The position numbers and the translations under genes are program-made. A stretch of DNA of 64,000 bases, taken from contig CDRNST010000048.1 in assembly GCA_977016875.1 (NCBI GenBank), forward strand, positions 496,001 through 560,000. Direction: 5' to 3'. The DNA comes from Pavona decussata (Eukaryota). A model generated the notes under the pieces. That model saw nothing but the letters and a program-made list of their open reading frames with translations, was not told where the DNA came from and did no database searches. Below, in pieces: positions 12,478 through 25,115 of the stretch (positions are counted from its first letter, which is position 1; every line of letters begins with the position of its first letter).

Positions 12478-12792
12478 GACACGTTTTAAAGCTGCCAACG
12501 ATAAGCCAAGCTCTCCTATTGGTTAAATAATTTGTGTTGACTAGAAAGTAACACGTTTTGAAGTTGATAACATGTTGGGAGCCAAAATAAGCCAAGCTCC
12601 CCTATTGGTTAAATCATTTTTGTTGACTAGGAAGTAACACATTTTGAAGTTGACAACATGTTGGGTGCCAAAATAAGCCAAGCTCCCCTATTGGTTAAAT
12701 CATTTTTGTTGACTTAAAGGTAACATGTTTTGAAGTTGATAACATGTTGGGTGCCAAAATAAGCCAAGCACTCCTATTGATAAAATCATTTC
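12478..12792 (-). repeat. 86-bp tandem repeat x4 carrying CCAAT boxes, upstream of copy A
   Basis: ctattggttaaatca appears at 12516, 12602 and 12688 (period 86). The fourth unit has attga at 12776. The minus strand reads TTTAACCAATAG, an NF-Y-type box. Confidence 0.85.
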
Positions 12793-15700
12793 TGTATCCA
12801 CCAATAACCTTGACTCTTCTATAATGTTTTGTTAGACGGCTTGTTATGCTAATTAGGCCAATGATGTGTCCGCTTTTGATTGAGCTGTTTTGTTTTGAAC
12901 ATGTCTGCTAACATTTATGAAACAGGACAAATACTGTATATCCATATTTGTTGACAGACAATTTTCAAAATGGCTAATCTGGCAATATGTCTCGGATTTG
13001 TTTTTTAATTAAAATCTTGCATACTGAAACCCGTTTCAAAACAGACTTTAGTATTGAACAGCATAAAACACAACCTACGCTCTTGGAAATGTTTATCAGG
13101 AAATTTCAAAATTAATCTACCGTACAACTTGAAAATGCGTATTACCTTTCCAAAATTATGAAAAGAAACCTTCGTTGAAAAAGTCGGTTTTGGGAAGAAT
13201 GTCTTCTAATGCTGAAAGTCAGCTGTGTAACAGAACATGGTTGTACGATTTTGTTCCTCTCGTTTGACTCTAAAGTGTACTTCTTTCACTCTGCTATTTG
13301 ATGAAACAGACGTCGAGATTGTTTGACACGTCAGCACCTTGTTTGTGCGATGTCCTCCATGTGCAGCTTTTACTGATTCCTTGCTCAATTCAATCTTATT
13401 CAATCTGCGCCTGTATCTCTAGATTATTAGCAAATGGCGAAATCTGCAACCGTAAAGTTACTTATCCCTGTTGCAAGTTAAAATCACGATGGATTAAACT
13501 TGAAAGCGAAATTAATTTTTTTTTCATTAAAATCGCTATTATCATGCTTGTTTTACAGAATTAGAGTTTCTTAATTTTATAGAAGTTTTCTTTCAGTTAA
13601 TTGCGGTCTAACCTGAAAATCTCAATTTTGTAATGATGCGTAATTTTTTCGCTGGTTTTGTTTAACCGAGTGCTGTTAAATTCTAGTAACATACTGGAGT
13701 CATTTGTAACGTGGTTTAGTTTGTTAGTTTGGCCAGCAGCCATTTTTAGTTGCATCGAGAATGGCATGAAAAACAGAATAAAGTCAAACGAGAGAGCGTT
13801 TGGTGTCTGAAAAAACTGCCACGACTAAATCAACCAACCGAACAAAAGTCTCTCCTCTATCGATAACTGCTTTAATAGTTTAAAGGAAATTAGTTACCGC
13901 AATCGATACATTTTCCAACATCAAATAGAGCACCGCACATCATGGAAACTAGAAAACGCACTGAGTTTCTTATTTCTGAAAGTCACGAAGCAGCCGAAAG
14001 AGAAACTGGCTTCTTTGTTGTTTAGCGTAAAAATTAAATTAAGCGCAAGAGCGTCGCTTAAAAATACATTATTATAATAAATATCAAAACGTTTACCTTT
14101 GAAGTACTTTAGCAGTGATCCGGGTTGTCTAAACGAGAACAAGAAATCTGAAATAGAGGATAAGAAAAAGAATTAAAATTTACATCAAAAGGAGCATCGA
14201 AATCCTTCACAAATAACATTCAACAAAACTGCCGAGAACTTACGGTGTCGCATTCGTTGGTCATTACTTGTCACTTCTTGATGAAGCTCTATTTTGTTTT
14301 GTTTAATTAGGTACTTGTTAGAACAAGTTCGTCCAAAACATTTGTTTTAACTTTTTTACTTTCAAAACACTATTCACCCCTCCTCCTCCCTCCCCCCCCC
14401 CCCCCCCACAATTTGTTTTATCACCGATGCGTCCAATAGGAGGGCCTCTTCAACGTTGTTTTGCTACGTTGTGTTCCTTCAATAGCCGTGATTCACGGTT
14501 TTAACCCTTATTAAAAAAAGGACTAAAAAGTCTAAACTGCTTAAATAAAATACCTGTGGATTGAAATTAAAGTAATCGGTGAGATATCCTTGTTTCCCTC
14601 CGTCCAAAATCTGAGCTTCGAGCGGTCCATTTGTATATTTTATGAGCCTCACCACTCTTTTCCCCCGAGGAGGTCTTCCCACACTCAGCCTAACCATACA
14701 TTCCGGCTTCCTCACAACGGCCGATCTTTAAACTACACAAACTGAATACAAATACAATTGACTGTGCTTGCAATACTTTCACTGTCAAAAGGCTTCCCTT
14801 ACCCTTATCACTTTATCTTACGGTTAGCACATCAGTTGTATATTTGTCTCTAAGCGGAACAGTTTAGCTCCATTTTTATCCATTGTGTTTTGACTCACGG
14901 CTTTTGCAATACGTTTTATCTGGCTTTGGGTACATTTTATTGACAAAAAAGATGACAATTTTCCTGAAATGGGTAATAAAGGTTTTATTCTGGTTGTTGG
15001 TTGCAGTCTGTTGGCATAGGTTTGAATATTACAGTCAATGCTTAACTCGCTTAAATAAAACGATTGAACACATTGACACAATGCTATGTGAACAATTTTT
15101 TGCCGCGTCAACATGACGGAAGAGACGAAGGGGCGATTGATGACAAAGAACATAGATGAAGATTGTTTGATGACTCACGATTGCAAACGACCTCTAACTC
15201 CGACACATTTCCTGTTTATTTTTTCAGTTTCACAATAACTGTGTACACCCTTTGCTTGGTTTCGACCTGATAAAATAGTTTTCAGAAAGCTAATTGAGAT
15301 GCCTAAAAGGCTTGTTTAATGATTTTGAAACGCGAGGATGGCTAATGTTCCTGAAAGCTCCCAAATGATATGGAAATGCAGAGAAACGTGTCAAGTCTGA
15401 TGCTTAAATACTCTCGTTAGTTTGGTACTAGTGAAGAAAATAAGAATTTAAAATACAAACTTACGCTGCCATATTCGCCAAAAAATCGCCTATAACTTGA
15501 TGTTTTACGAAGCTCAAGTGAATCAGCAGTTTGCTGTTTTGTCTTCTTTGCATATAATGAGTCTCTCGTTAGATCACGTTATTGAAATAATTACAATTGT
15601 TTTAAAATTTTCACCGATGACAGTCATTCTAACGAGAAATATTATTGCCTAGAACGATGTGTATAAGTCGGCAAAATGGTCAATGGAATGACTTCTTCTA

Positions 15701-16182
15701 TTTTAAGACTTGTTGACACAATTAATTTTAGAAAAAAACAATTAAAGCTTGTAGCTAAAGAAACATAAAATTCTTTCCCAAATCTTCAGCCAACCAAAAA
15801 TATTCGGGTCTGGAAAAATTTATTACAAGTATGGTGGATTGTTTTGTAGAAACACCAGTTGAAGCTTTTCCGCTGTGTTCCTCAAATTAGCAGCAAATTA
15901 AATTCCACTAGAAATATAGTATATTCAACTACCGACTGTCAGTAATACTCACAATAGAAGCTGTGTATAGCCTTTGTTCTATTATGAGAGGTGAAAGCTT
16001 CGCTGCGGTATTTATTTGTCTAAATTTTAGTTGACAATCTCGACTCCAAAGTTAACAAGTAAACATTCGCTCGTGGATGCGGGAAGGGTCAGTTTGACAC
16101 GTCAGAAAATATTCACAGTGCGAGTCGGTTGTTCGCTTGAGTGATTTTAACTTGCCTAAGGTAAAGCGATGTAAAATTTGAA

Positions 16183-16317
16183 GAGAGTATGTGCACGACG
16201 GCCATGTTGGAGGACCAAAACAGTACAAGGATTTTTCTTTGGGAAATATATTTTATTTTTATGCAAACATCTTCCGTTGTTTTAGTCCTCCAGCATGGCC
16301 GCCGTGCACACACTCTA
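16183..16317. mobile_element. ~135-bp hairpin MITE
   Basis: Imperfect ~40-bp inverted arms agagtatgtgcacgacggccatgttggaggaccaaaaca / tgttttagtcctccagcatggccgccgtgcacacactct. The empty site aaatttgaatatagtc is seen at ~5785. Confidence 0.8.
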
Positions 16318-16523
16318 TACAGTCTGAAAGTATAACGCGTGCAGTTTTAGATACAAAACGGAGATTTTCAATTTCACAGACATGTTTCGGCAGAAACGTC
16401 TGCCTTCTTCATGTCGGTGACTTGAAAATATTCGTTTTATATCTAAAACTTGTTGTTGGATTCTTGCTGTCCAGACCTTTCGATAATGCCTGGAGCCTAT
16501 TGAGAGCACACGGCTGTACAAAA

Positions 16524-16555
16524 AAACAAACAAACAAACAAACAAACAAACAAAC
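16524..16555 (+). repeat. (AAAC)8 microsatellite; (AAAC)10 in the duplicate at 29867-29906
   Basis: Read directly; accounts for the +8 shift in offset between the two duplication units. Confidence 0.9.
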
Positions 16556-18011
16556 TAAATTTATAAATTATAAAAAATAACAAAGACTGTCTTCCTTTTT
16601 TCCTCCCTATTTTTCTTATGATTCCTTATTTCTCTAAAATTGCACAGGACCCTTGCTTTCATTATTTATGTATTTATTCAAAAGAGCATAAAGAAATCAT
16701 GACGGCTCGGCTTCCAGCAATACGCGAAATATTCATAACAAGAATATTTTTGGCGTTCTTGATAATTTATTCAATGTTTTTTTTTTCGGCGTCTCAGTAA
16801 CTGCGCGTGTGATGCAAATAGCCCGAACATACGGAGAAAATTTCAAGAAAGAGTAAAAAGACCGCGTCTGTTTGCCCTTTTATGCTTCTCTTCGTGTAAG
16901 GCGCAAGAAAAGATCTTTGGTTTCTAGTGATGGGCTTCGCGGTGTTATTTAAAGTGCATGGTGGTTCAAAGATATGGATTTTGTGTATGACAAAGTAAGG
17001 GGAAACCATTCGGTCTGTAAACACATCCGCTTAATCGGGTTGGAAACCTTCCTTAACGTTCCTGTTGTTTTATGTGTCAAACTCTGGTTCACACATCATA
17101 CTACAAGGTTTCAAAGGGGTTATTAGCTTCGAATCCCCTCCTCCTTCCCCATCCCCTACTTTTCTGGGCACTAAAAAAGAACATTAAAAAAAGTCTGGAC
17201 TCCAAGGACAGCGGCCTTCGGAATCCACGGCAAACATTTCTGGACTCTAAGGCCACAAGACCTCTCCTTTGGGACTCTGGAATTACCTTACAGTGTTGTC
17301 GTCTTTAGTGAATTTTCACGTAAACTTCTTCCTTTCAAGACCACCCGGTGCGCAAGCCAAAGATGGGCAGCCTTACGAATCACACTGGTTAGAAACTGAG
17401 GCTGATATATCACAAACTTTCAATGATACTTTTTTTTTTTCATTTCTTAATCCAATAAGGTACGTTGTACAACTGACTTGGGGAAGGAAATATCGTTTCC
17501 GTCCTTAAAATCTGATTGAAAACTAATAAACAGTGGTTTTAGTGCAGTAAGAAATAATCTTATGAAAAACTAACGACAATTCAGTTAAATACTATGGACC
17601 CAAGATTTTGCTTTGGTGGACTAATTGTATGGAAATTAAATGTGACATGGTAACCGTAGCTGAATTATGCAATTACAAGAAAAAATCGGCAAGAACTGGT
17701 AAACTCCAACTCTGCAGCAAACAAACTAGCACCGTAAGAAATTCACACAACACAGTGTATTTAAAATAACTGCTACCTTTATTTCTATGTTTCCTGTTAT
17801 TCATTACTGCCGGATAAAATTAACTTTATTCCCTGCACCTTTCAAGCTTAAAAAATTAAACGCCTGTTTTGATTACTTCCACTTGGTTCTTATTTCCTAA
17901 ACTTCAGATTTATAATCCTTTTTAAATAAAGCGATCATTCAGTCCGCAGTGGGAATCTACAAACACCTTAAAGTTAAAACAAAAACAAGAACAACAACAC
18001 TGCTCGTTGTT

Positions 18012-20825
18012 TCAAGCTTGTGGAGGTGGTACTTCTTCCACGTACATCCGGGACACTGAGATCCAGCCTGTTACCGCATCTGCCGATCCATAACCAACAC
18101 AGTTACCGACCCAGAATCCCACACGCACAGTGCCCTTGTGGACTTTCTCACAGACTCCTTCGATTTGCCTAACTCGGTGTAAATCCTTTTTGAAGCCTTT
18201 TCCATAATTCATGTATACTATACCATCAATGGCTGCTGGGGCTGAACACTCTGCATCATTGAAGGTGAAATACCATCGCCTGCAACACGCATGGCAGTTA
18301 GCGATGCGAAGGACTCCGTTCCAGAAGACACGGAGCCCTGTTTTGTCAGATATCTTCTTGAAAACACATTCCTGTGAAATAAATAAAACAAACAAACAAT
18401 TGAACTGAAGTGGGAACCATCAACATTTACATAAATACATGAAACAAACTGATCTGATCCAGCAGTTGCGCAGTCCAATAGGCAAATCCCATAAAAAAGA
18501 AAGGTTTTCCTTACACTCCTAGTTTCTAGTTTCATGGGCAACCAGTAGTTGCTGAATTCTCTACTCTATAAAAATGTACATATCCTGATCAGCACACCAC
18601 CAGGACTGGCTCATTAGGATAGATATCAGACCTAATAGTTACTGGGTAGAGTTTTTTTTTTTTTTTTAATTAGCGTCACCTATTTTTGTACATCATTTAA
18701 GTGTTAATTTATTTAGTACTGCGGTGCTAATTGAGGATACTGTAAACAATTGAAAGTAATAATATAAACTAAACATAAATACCTTTAAAAGTTCTAACTG
18801 ATAGGAAACAAAGGCAATGTTAATGTTAATTCTTGTCCTTCAAAAGCGCGCATTGCGGCTAATATATTTTGCTGAGACAAACGACCACGCACGCCATACC
18901 ATTTTTTGTTAAAGCGAAAATATTACCAGTACAATTCTTGTATTATGAATCCGTTTGCAACCTTATGTTTGATATAAACAAAAACACTGCCCCAAGAAAT
19001 ATTTTGAATCTGTTTTCTTGAATTTCTAGTGTCCATTCCTATAAAACGCGTTCCTCTACCTCTGATCATTTTTGTACAAAGGAATCTCGCATTAATGCCA
19101 CACGAAATGCATTCTCGCGTGTTGGGGTCAAGATTTGGAATGGGATACCTGTAACTCTATAAAGAAGTGCAAAAAAATCTTTTAAAGAATCCCTAAAATG
19201 AAAGTTATTTGATATACTTGAAGCTGTAGACTCCTGTATTGAAGTGGAAACGATAATTGACCAAATGAAAAACTGATCAGCTGATTCTCTTTTTCCCTCT
19301 TCATCTCTTTTCTATTGTAAAATTGATGATAATAGAAAAATGACATATAATTTACTTTAATTTTGTTGCATAGCCTTACCTAAATCTGCGTTATTATGTA
19401 AAGTTAAGTTTTTTTCCTGTTTTCCTGCATGTTTTGTAATTTATTGCAATTTTTTTTCCATTATGTTCTCGTGCTCGTCTTGTCCCGCCTCGACTAGCTT
19501 TGTGGGTATTTGCGGGACAAGCAACTTATATCATCACAATTTGCTAATAAATTGTTGTTTTTGTTTGTTTTTAATGTTATAATAATAATTTCTGTTGTTT
19601 TTGGCTTATGATTCTGTAGCTGAGCGTTTACCTTAATCAATCCAGAGTCCCTGTTATCATTCAGATTCTTAAAAACGCACTGTTTCCAGTTACGCACAAA
19701 AGACCCTAGAGCTCCTTTGGGACCTGGGGGACCTTGAATTCCACGAGCACCTGTATCACCCTTGTTTCCACGTGAACCTGGTGGGCCTTAGGATCCTTGT
19801 TGTCCCTTGGGGCCAGGATGACCTTGGTTACCACGAGCACCTGCTTTACCTTTTTTTCCAGTAGGACCCGGAGATCCAGGGGGTCCTTGAGCACCTTTAA
19901 GTCCTCCACTAGGGCCTTCATCACCCTTGTTTCCTCGAGGGCCCATAGGTCCTTCAGATCCGCGATTGCCGGGTGATCCCGCGGCACCTGCTGGTCCCGC
20001 TGGTCCAGGGCTTCCTGGGATACCTGGAATTCCTGGTGCGCAGAAACATGTGCTGTGACCACAAGACCCATATGATGAAGACTGTTGAGGAGTGCCCTGA
20101 ATGAAGAAATTACAAATATTTTTTGATTTGATTTACTATATATCAAGTCAGTGGATAAAGTGTTGGGTACTTAAATTCTGGGTAGTATATGCTATGCACC
20201 CGTCTCGGGGTTGTCCTGTCCTTTAGCGTATTCATCAGTGTGTCGCAAATAAAATTACTAATCAGAGCTGGCTATCCAGTTTCGGTTTTAAAAACCTCCA
20301 CCTCAGTGACGAATTGCTAATAAGCCATCATGAGATCAAGTTGCTTTGTTAAACTGGCCAAATAATAGACTTAAGCTTCACCCTAAGGAAAACTGGTTAA
20401 CTGCCTTTGCCGTACAGATACTTAATACAAGGAACTGTTCAAATTTTTGTGGGACTGGATGAGCTGGTGGGATTTAAGGGAGGGGGCATACGAAAGAACT
20501 GGTTTCGGGGGGAGGGGGGAGGTGGTGAAGATCTGTAAATAACGAACGAGGCTGATGATTGGATGTTCACTTCAACAATTTCCAGTACCTGACAAGTAAC
20601 TAGTTGCTCTTTTCCTTTATTAATCCTTTCTTTGTTTAGTGGGCAGCAGGAAGCGAGCTGCCTGTTTTCACTTGGTACCTAGAGTATAGTCACCAAACTC
20701 ACCTTGTTGTCACGTGGTTTGCTGCTGCTGTTGCTGTCATTCGCAGAACACAAGGTGATCAGCAGTAAGAACAGTACACACAGCATGATGGTCAGCGTTA
20801 TATTCAGGCAGCGTTTCGTCATCAT
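18012..20825 (-). pseudogene. CTHRC1: CTHRC1-like copy B with a premature TAA in exon 2. Exons 20825-20703, 20096-19632, 18371-18012.
   Basis: Same exon layout and intact splice sites as copy A. In-frame TAA at 19790-19788 (GGA TCC TAA GGC; A has TCT). A 15-nt deletion breaks the Gly-X-Y register (GPS-G-GLK). A LINE fragment sits in intron 2. Exon 3 is fully open. Confidence 0.88.
18829..19570 (+). mobile_element. 3' fragment of a CR1/L2-like LINE in intron 2 of copy B, with 9-bp TSD ttaatgtta
   Basis: Degenerate translation ILVLQKRALRLIYF...AFSRVGVKIWNGIP. Stem-loop at 19479-19521, AATAAA and a TTG-rich tail. TSD at 18820-18828 and 19571-19579. The empty site is visible in copy C near 47125. 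Confidence 0.88.
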
Positions 20826-23192
20826 TCAACCTGTGAACTTTGAATTCTCGAACTCAGTTTTATTCACCACGCAAAAAGAGAAAAAACTACAAATGAACAA
20901 AATCCGAGGACCGCAAGGTGCATAAATGGAAATTGATAACGCTTTTGATGTTCAGCTTCCTTATTACCAACCACATAACTTTGTGACAGCAAAGAATATC
21001 TCATGCGAAGTCATCCATTAGTTGTGCATGTTTTATCAGATAATACCTATTTATCATTCATCACCGTTGAATTTGATAATGAAGACATAGAATTATTGAA
21101 GCGCCATACATCCTATTTATTGCTAATTTAATTTCTTTTAATGATATACTTAAACCTTCTTATATCATAAGTAAAGAGTCACCACAGTGTGTTCTTCAAT
21201 TAATAGCTAATAGCTAATGACTAATTTAAGTCTTTCCTAAAATTCAAATTGTTTTTGAGAAGTTAATGAATTTTGCTAAAAATCTTCAAATTAATTGAAT
21301 AAGAATTCAGTTCAATTCTTTCAAGGAAAAAATTGCAGTATAGTATAGAAAACTAAGGGAAAAATCCATAGTTCTATTACCTACCAATCTTGCTTGTGCG
21401 GCTTCAACCATCTGAAGGAAAACTGATTCACCTCTCACTATTACAGAAGCTTTTATCCTTTTTGTTTGTTGACGAAAAATTAAAATTTGGTGTGTTCCTA
21501 TTTCGATAAATCATTGGATACCTCAGTGTTCTTCAGTCGCTCTCAGTAAAATCAATTTCATGTTTAAGGGTGATAATTTGTCAAATACCTTTTCCGTCTT
21601 AGCAATAACAAGGCAAAACACTCGAGACAATGCTTCTTTAACGAATATCTTCAAAAAGCGCAAAGATGTTGCCAAACTTTGGATCCACCAAAGAACACAA
21701 AAATGCTCCAGAATTTATGATCCCCCACAGAACATTCAAGAAAGTGATGTGACAATTTTGTCCTTATCGGATAGTTGTTGTCTGAAATCGTGGTGTGATC
21801 AAAAACTCCTCATTCCTCCCTCACTGAGGATCAATTTGACTTTGGTTCATACAAACTCTTATATTTTCTGAAGAAGTTGATATTTCATTTTTATTTATAT
21901 TTTCTGCCGAGAAATATCCGAAAGTAGGGCGGGGCGATACTGAATTGTGGCGACCTCTCCGCTGTTGCTGGAAAATCTTATTAAAACGGAATAATATTAC
22001 AATTTTGTTGTTTTTTTGTTTTAATCGTCAAAATCTGGGTCTGTCAGAAGACGGAAAAGGGATAAAAAAGAGGCATGCTTATGCTTAAGATTAAATAATT
22101 TGGCTAAGTTTGCCATAATCACCAGGCAAGGGTCTTCAGTGTTTTGTAAGTAAGCTAACCTATACAGTTTTCTGGCTAAAAAAAAAAGGAAAAAGAAAAG
22201 ACATGGAGAAACGCATGGTTTGAGAGGCAAATTTTTTGGTAAATTGGAATCCCAGTGGAACTGTATCGGTAAATGTCTTTCATATTGACTTAGACGTCGT
22301 TCTGTCACATAAACTATTTTGTCCTTTTAGGCCGCTGAATATGACCCCAGCTATAGCCGAGCGTGACGAGCAGCGGTACATACCAATTCTTCGTCCTACC
22401 GGATATAAGGCGCATGAACCTTCGCTTGCTTGAAAGTCCTTGATTTCTGGAGATGGGCTTTGCATCGTTATTTTTAATGCTGGGTGGCTCAAAGATATGG
22501 GTTTTGTGTATGACGGGGTAAGAGGTTACAATCTGGTCTTTAAACCGGAATCCAATTGATCAAGTAGTTGAAAATCTTGTTAAACATTTCTGTTTATTTA
22601 CTTGTCCTGGTCATAAAAAACTATAAGGTCTAAAAGAGGTTTAGGCTTTGAGTCTAATTATCATTATATTGTGATTAAACGCCACAACAGCTTTAAAAAT
22701 GGCGAGGAGATTTTTCTTTTGTGGATTAATTGTGTAAAAGATTAAGAAATCCACGTTATGGGCTTTGCTTAACTGCGTTAATTGTGTGGGTGTTAAAATT
22801 GACCAGGTAATTAACCGTCGCAGAATTATGAAATGACAAGAAAAAATTGGTAAGAACTGGTAAATTCCAACTCTGTAGGAAAAAAATTTGTACCGTAAGA
22901 AATTCACACAACACAGTGTATTATTTACTGCTACCTGGCTTTTTTTGCTTATTTCGCGTGATACAATGCAGCCGGAAAAAATTGCCCAATTACTCCCTGC
23001 ACCTTTTAAGCTTGAAAAATTAAATTTCTGTTTTGATTATTATGATTTAATTCCACTTGGTTACTATTTTCTAAAATTCAGATTCTAAGCCTTTTTCAAT
23101 TAAGCGATCCTTTAGTCCGCAGTTTGAATGTACGAAGAACCTTAAAGATAAAACCGAAAAAAAAAAGAAAGAAATCAAACTATGCTCGTTGT

Positions 23193-25115
23193 TTAAGCCT
23201 GTGGGGGAGGTACTTCTTCCACGTAGATCCGGGACACTGAGTTCCAGCCTGTTTCTGCATCAGCTGACTTCACACCAGCACAATTACCGACCCAGAATCC
23301 CACACGCACAGTGCCCTTGTGGACTTTCTCACAGACTCCTTCGATTTGCCTCACTCGCTGTAAATCCTTTTTGTTGCTATCCCCATGTACCATGTACACT
23401 ACACCATCAATGGCTGCTGGAGCTGAACACTCTGCGCCATTGAAGGTGAAATACCATCGCCTGCAGCACACATGGCAGTTACGGACGCGAAGAGCTCCAC
23501 TCCAGAAGACACGCAGACCTGTTTTGTGTGACATCTTCTTAAAAATACATTCCTAAAAGAGGAGAAAAATGAAATCAACAACAGGACTAAAATGGAAAAC
23601 ATCAGCTTTCATATAAATATATGGCTTGCGAGATGACTCGATATTGAAATTGAGATCTAAATAACCCTACTCATTGATATTTTTGAGATTTCTTCATCAT
23701 TACATTATAATTATCATCATTGGTCATGATTAGTTATAGGGTACAAACTCTCTTCTTAGGAAATAACTAGTGGGGATCTGTATATATCTTGTTGCTAAGA
23801 GTTTTAATCATTAAAATACCAATAAAATACCTTAAGTTTGGTCTTAAAAATGTCATAACGGATGTTAGTATCGTTAGTATTTATATAAAATGTGAATTTT
23901 TATTTAATATGAAGTTGAAAACTAGATATTTACCTTGATTAATCCGGAGTCCTTTCTATCATTCAGATTCTTAAAAACGCACTGTTTCCAGTTACGCACA
24001 ACAGACCCTAGAGCTCCTTTGGGGCCTGGGGGACCTTGAATTCCACGAGCACCTGTATCACCCTTGTTTCCACGTGAACCTGGTGGGCCAGAGGATCCTT
24101 GTGGTTCCTTGGGGCCAGGAGGATCTTGGTTACCACGAGCCCCTGATTTTCCTTTGTTTCCAGATGGACCCGGTGGTCCAGGGAGTCCTTGAGCACCTTT
24201 AAGGCCTGAAGTACCTCGTCTTCCACTAGGGCCTTCATCGCCCTTGTTTCCTCGAGGGCCCATAGGTCCTTCAGGTCCGTGATTGCCGGGTGATCCTGCG
24301 GCACCTGCTGGTCCCGCGGGTCCAGGGCTTCCTGGGATACCTGGAATTCCTGGTGCGCAGAAACATGTACTGTGAACACAAAACCCATATGATGACGATT
24401 GTTGAGGGGTGACCTGGATGAAGAAATTAGGAATATATATATTTTTAATTTGATTTACTATATATCAAGTAAGTGGATAAAATGTTGTTCGAGCGCGCTC
24501 ATTGGGTACTGAAATTCTGGATAGTATTGCTATTCACCTTCCGGTGTTTTCCTGTCCTGGCTACCCAGTGTCAGTGAAACCTCCACCTCATTAAAGAATT
24601 GCTAATAAGCCTTTACGAGATCAAGTCACTTTTCTAAAAGACTTTTTTTATAACTGACCAGGTAATAAACTTAAATTTTTCCTCAAGGAACACTAGTTGC
24701 TAAACAATAACTGCCCTATTGGATTAGCTGGTGGGGTTTAAGAGAGGGGGCATTCAAAATAACTTTGTTTCGGGGGAGAAGGTGGGTGAGAAGTTCTATG
24801 AAAAGCAAAGTGGCCTTATGGTCGGGTGTTCCCTGTAACAATTTCCAGTATCTCATTATAAGTGTTTAATGGAATTTGAAGTGACGTGTAATGAGTTGCT
24901 GTCTTCTTTTTGAATCCTTTTTTGTTTAGTGGAGAGCAGGAAGGGAGAGGATTGTTGTAAGTTTGTGCCTAGAGTCTAGTCACCAAACTCACCTTGTTGT
25001 CGCGTGGTTTGCTGCTGCTGCTGTTGCCATTTGCAGAACACAAGGTGATCAGCAGTAAGAACAGTACACACAGCATGGTGGTCAGCTGTATATTCAGGCA
25101 GCGGTTCGTCATCAT
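23193..25115 (-). CDS. CTHRC1: CTHRC1-like copy A', open frame, duplicate of A. Exons 25115-24993, 24413-23934, 23552-23193.
   Basis: Matches copy A at offset +13343, with the same translated ORFs and splice sites. Confidence 0.92.

Larger units (their letters stand above)
8132..21473. repeat. Recent 13.3 kb tandem segmental duplication, unit 1 (contains copies A and B)
   Basis: Matches 21474-34820 at an offset of about 13342-13352, with only scattered SNPs and homopolymer or microsatellite differences. The ORF track repeats in the same way. Confidence 0.97.

Noticed and set aside
12478-12792. Regularly spaced repeats resembling a CRISPR array
   Set aside because: The whole 86-bp unit repeats with no unique spacers, there are no cas genes, and the context is eukaryotic.
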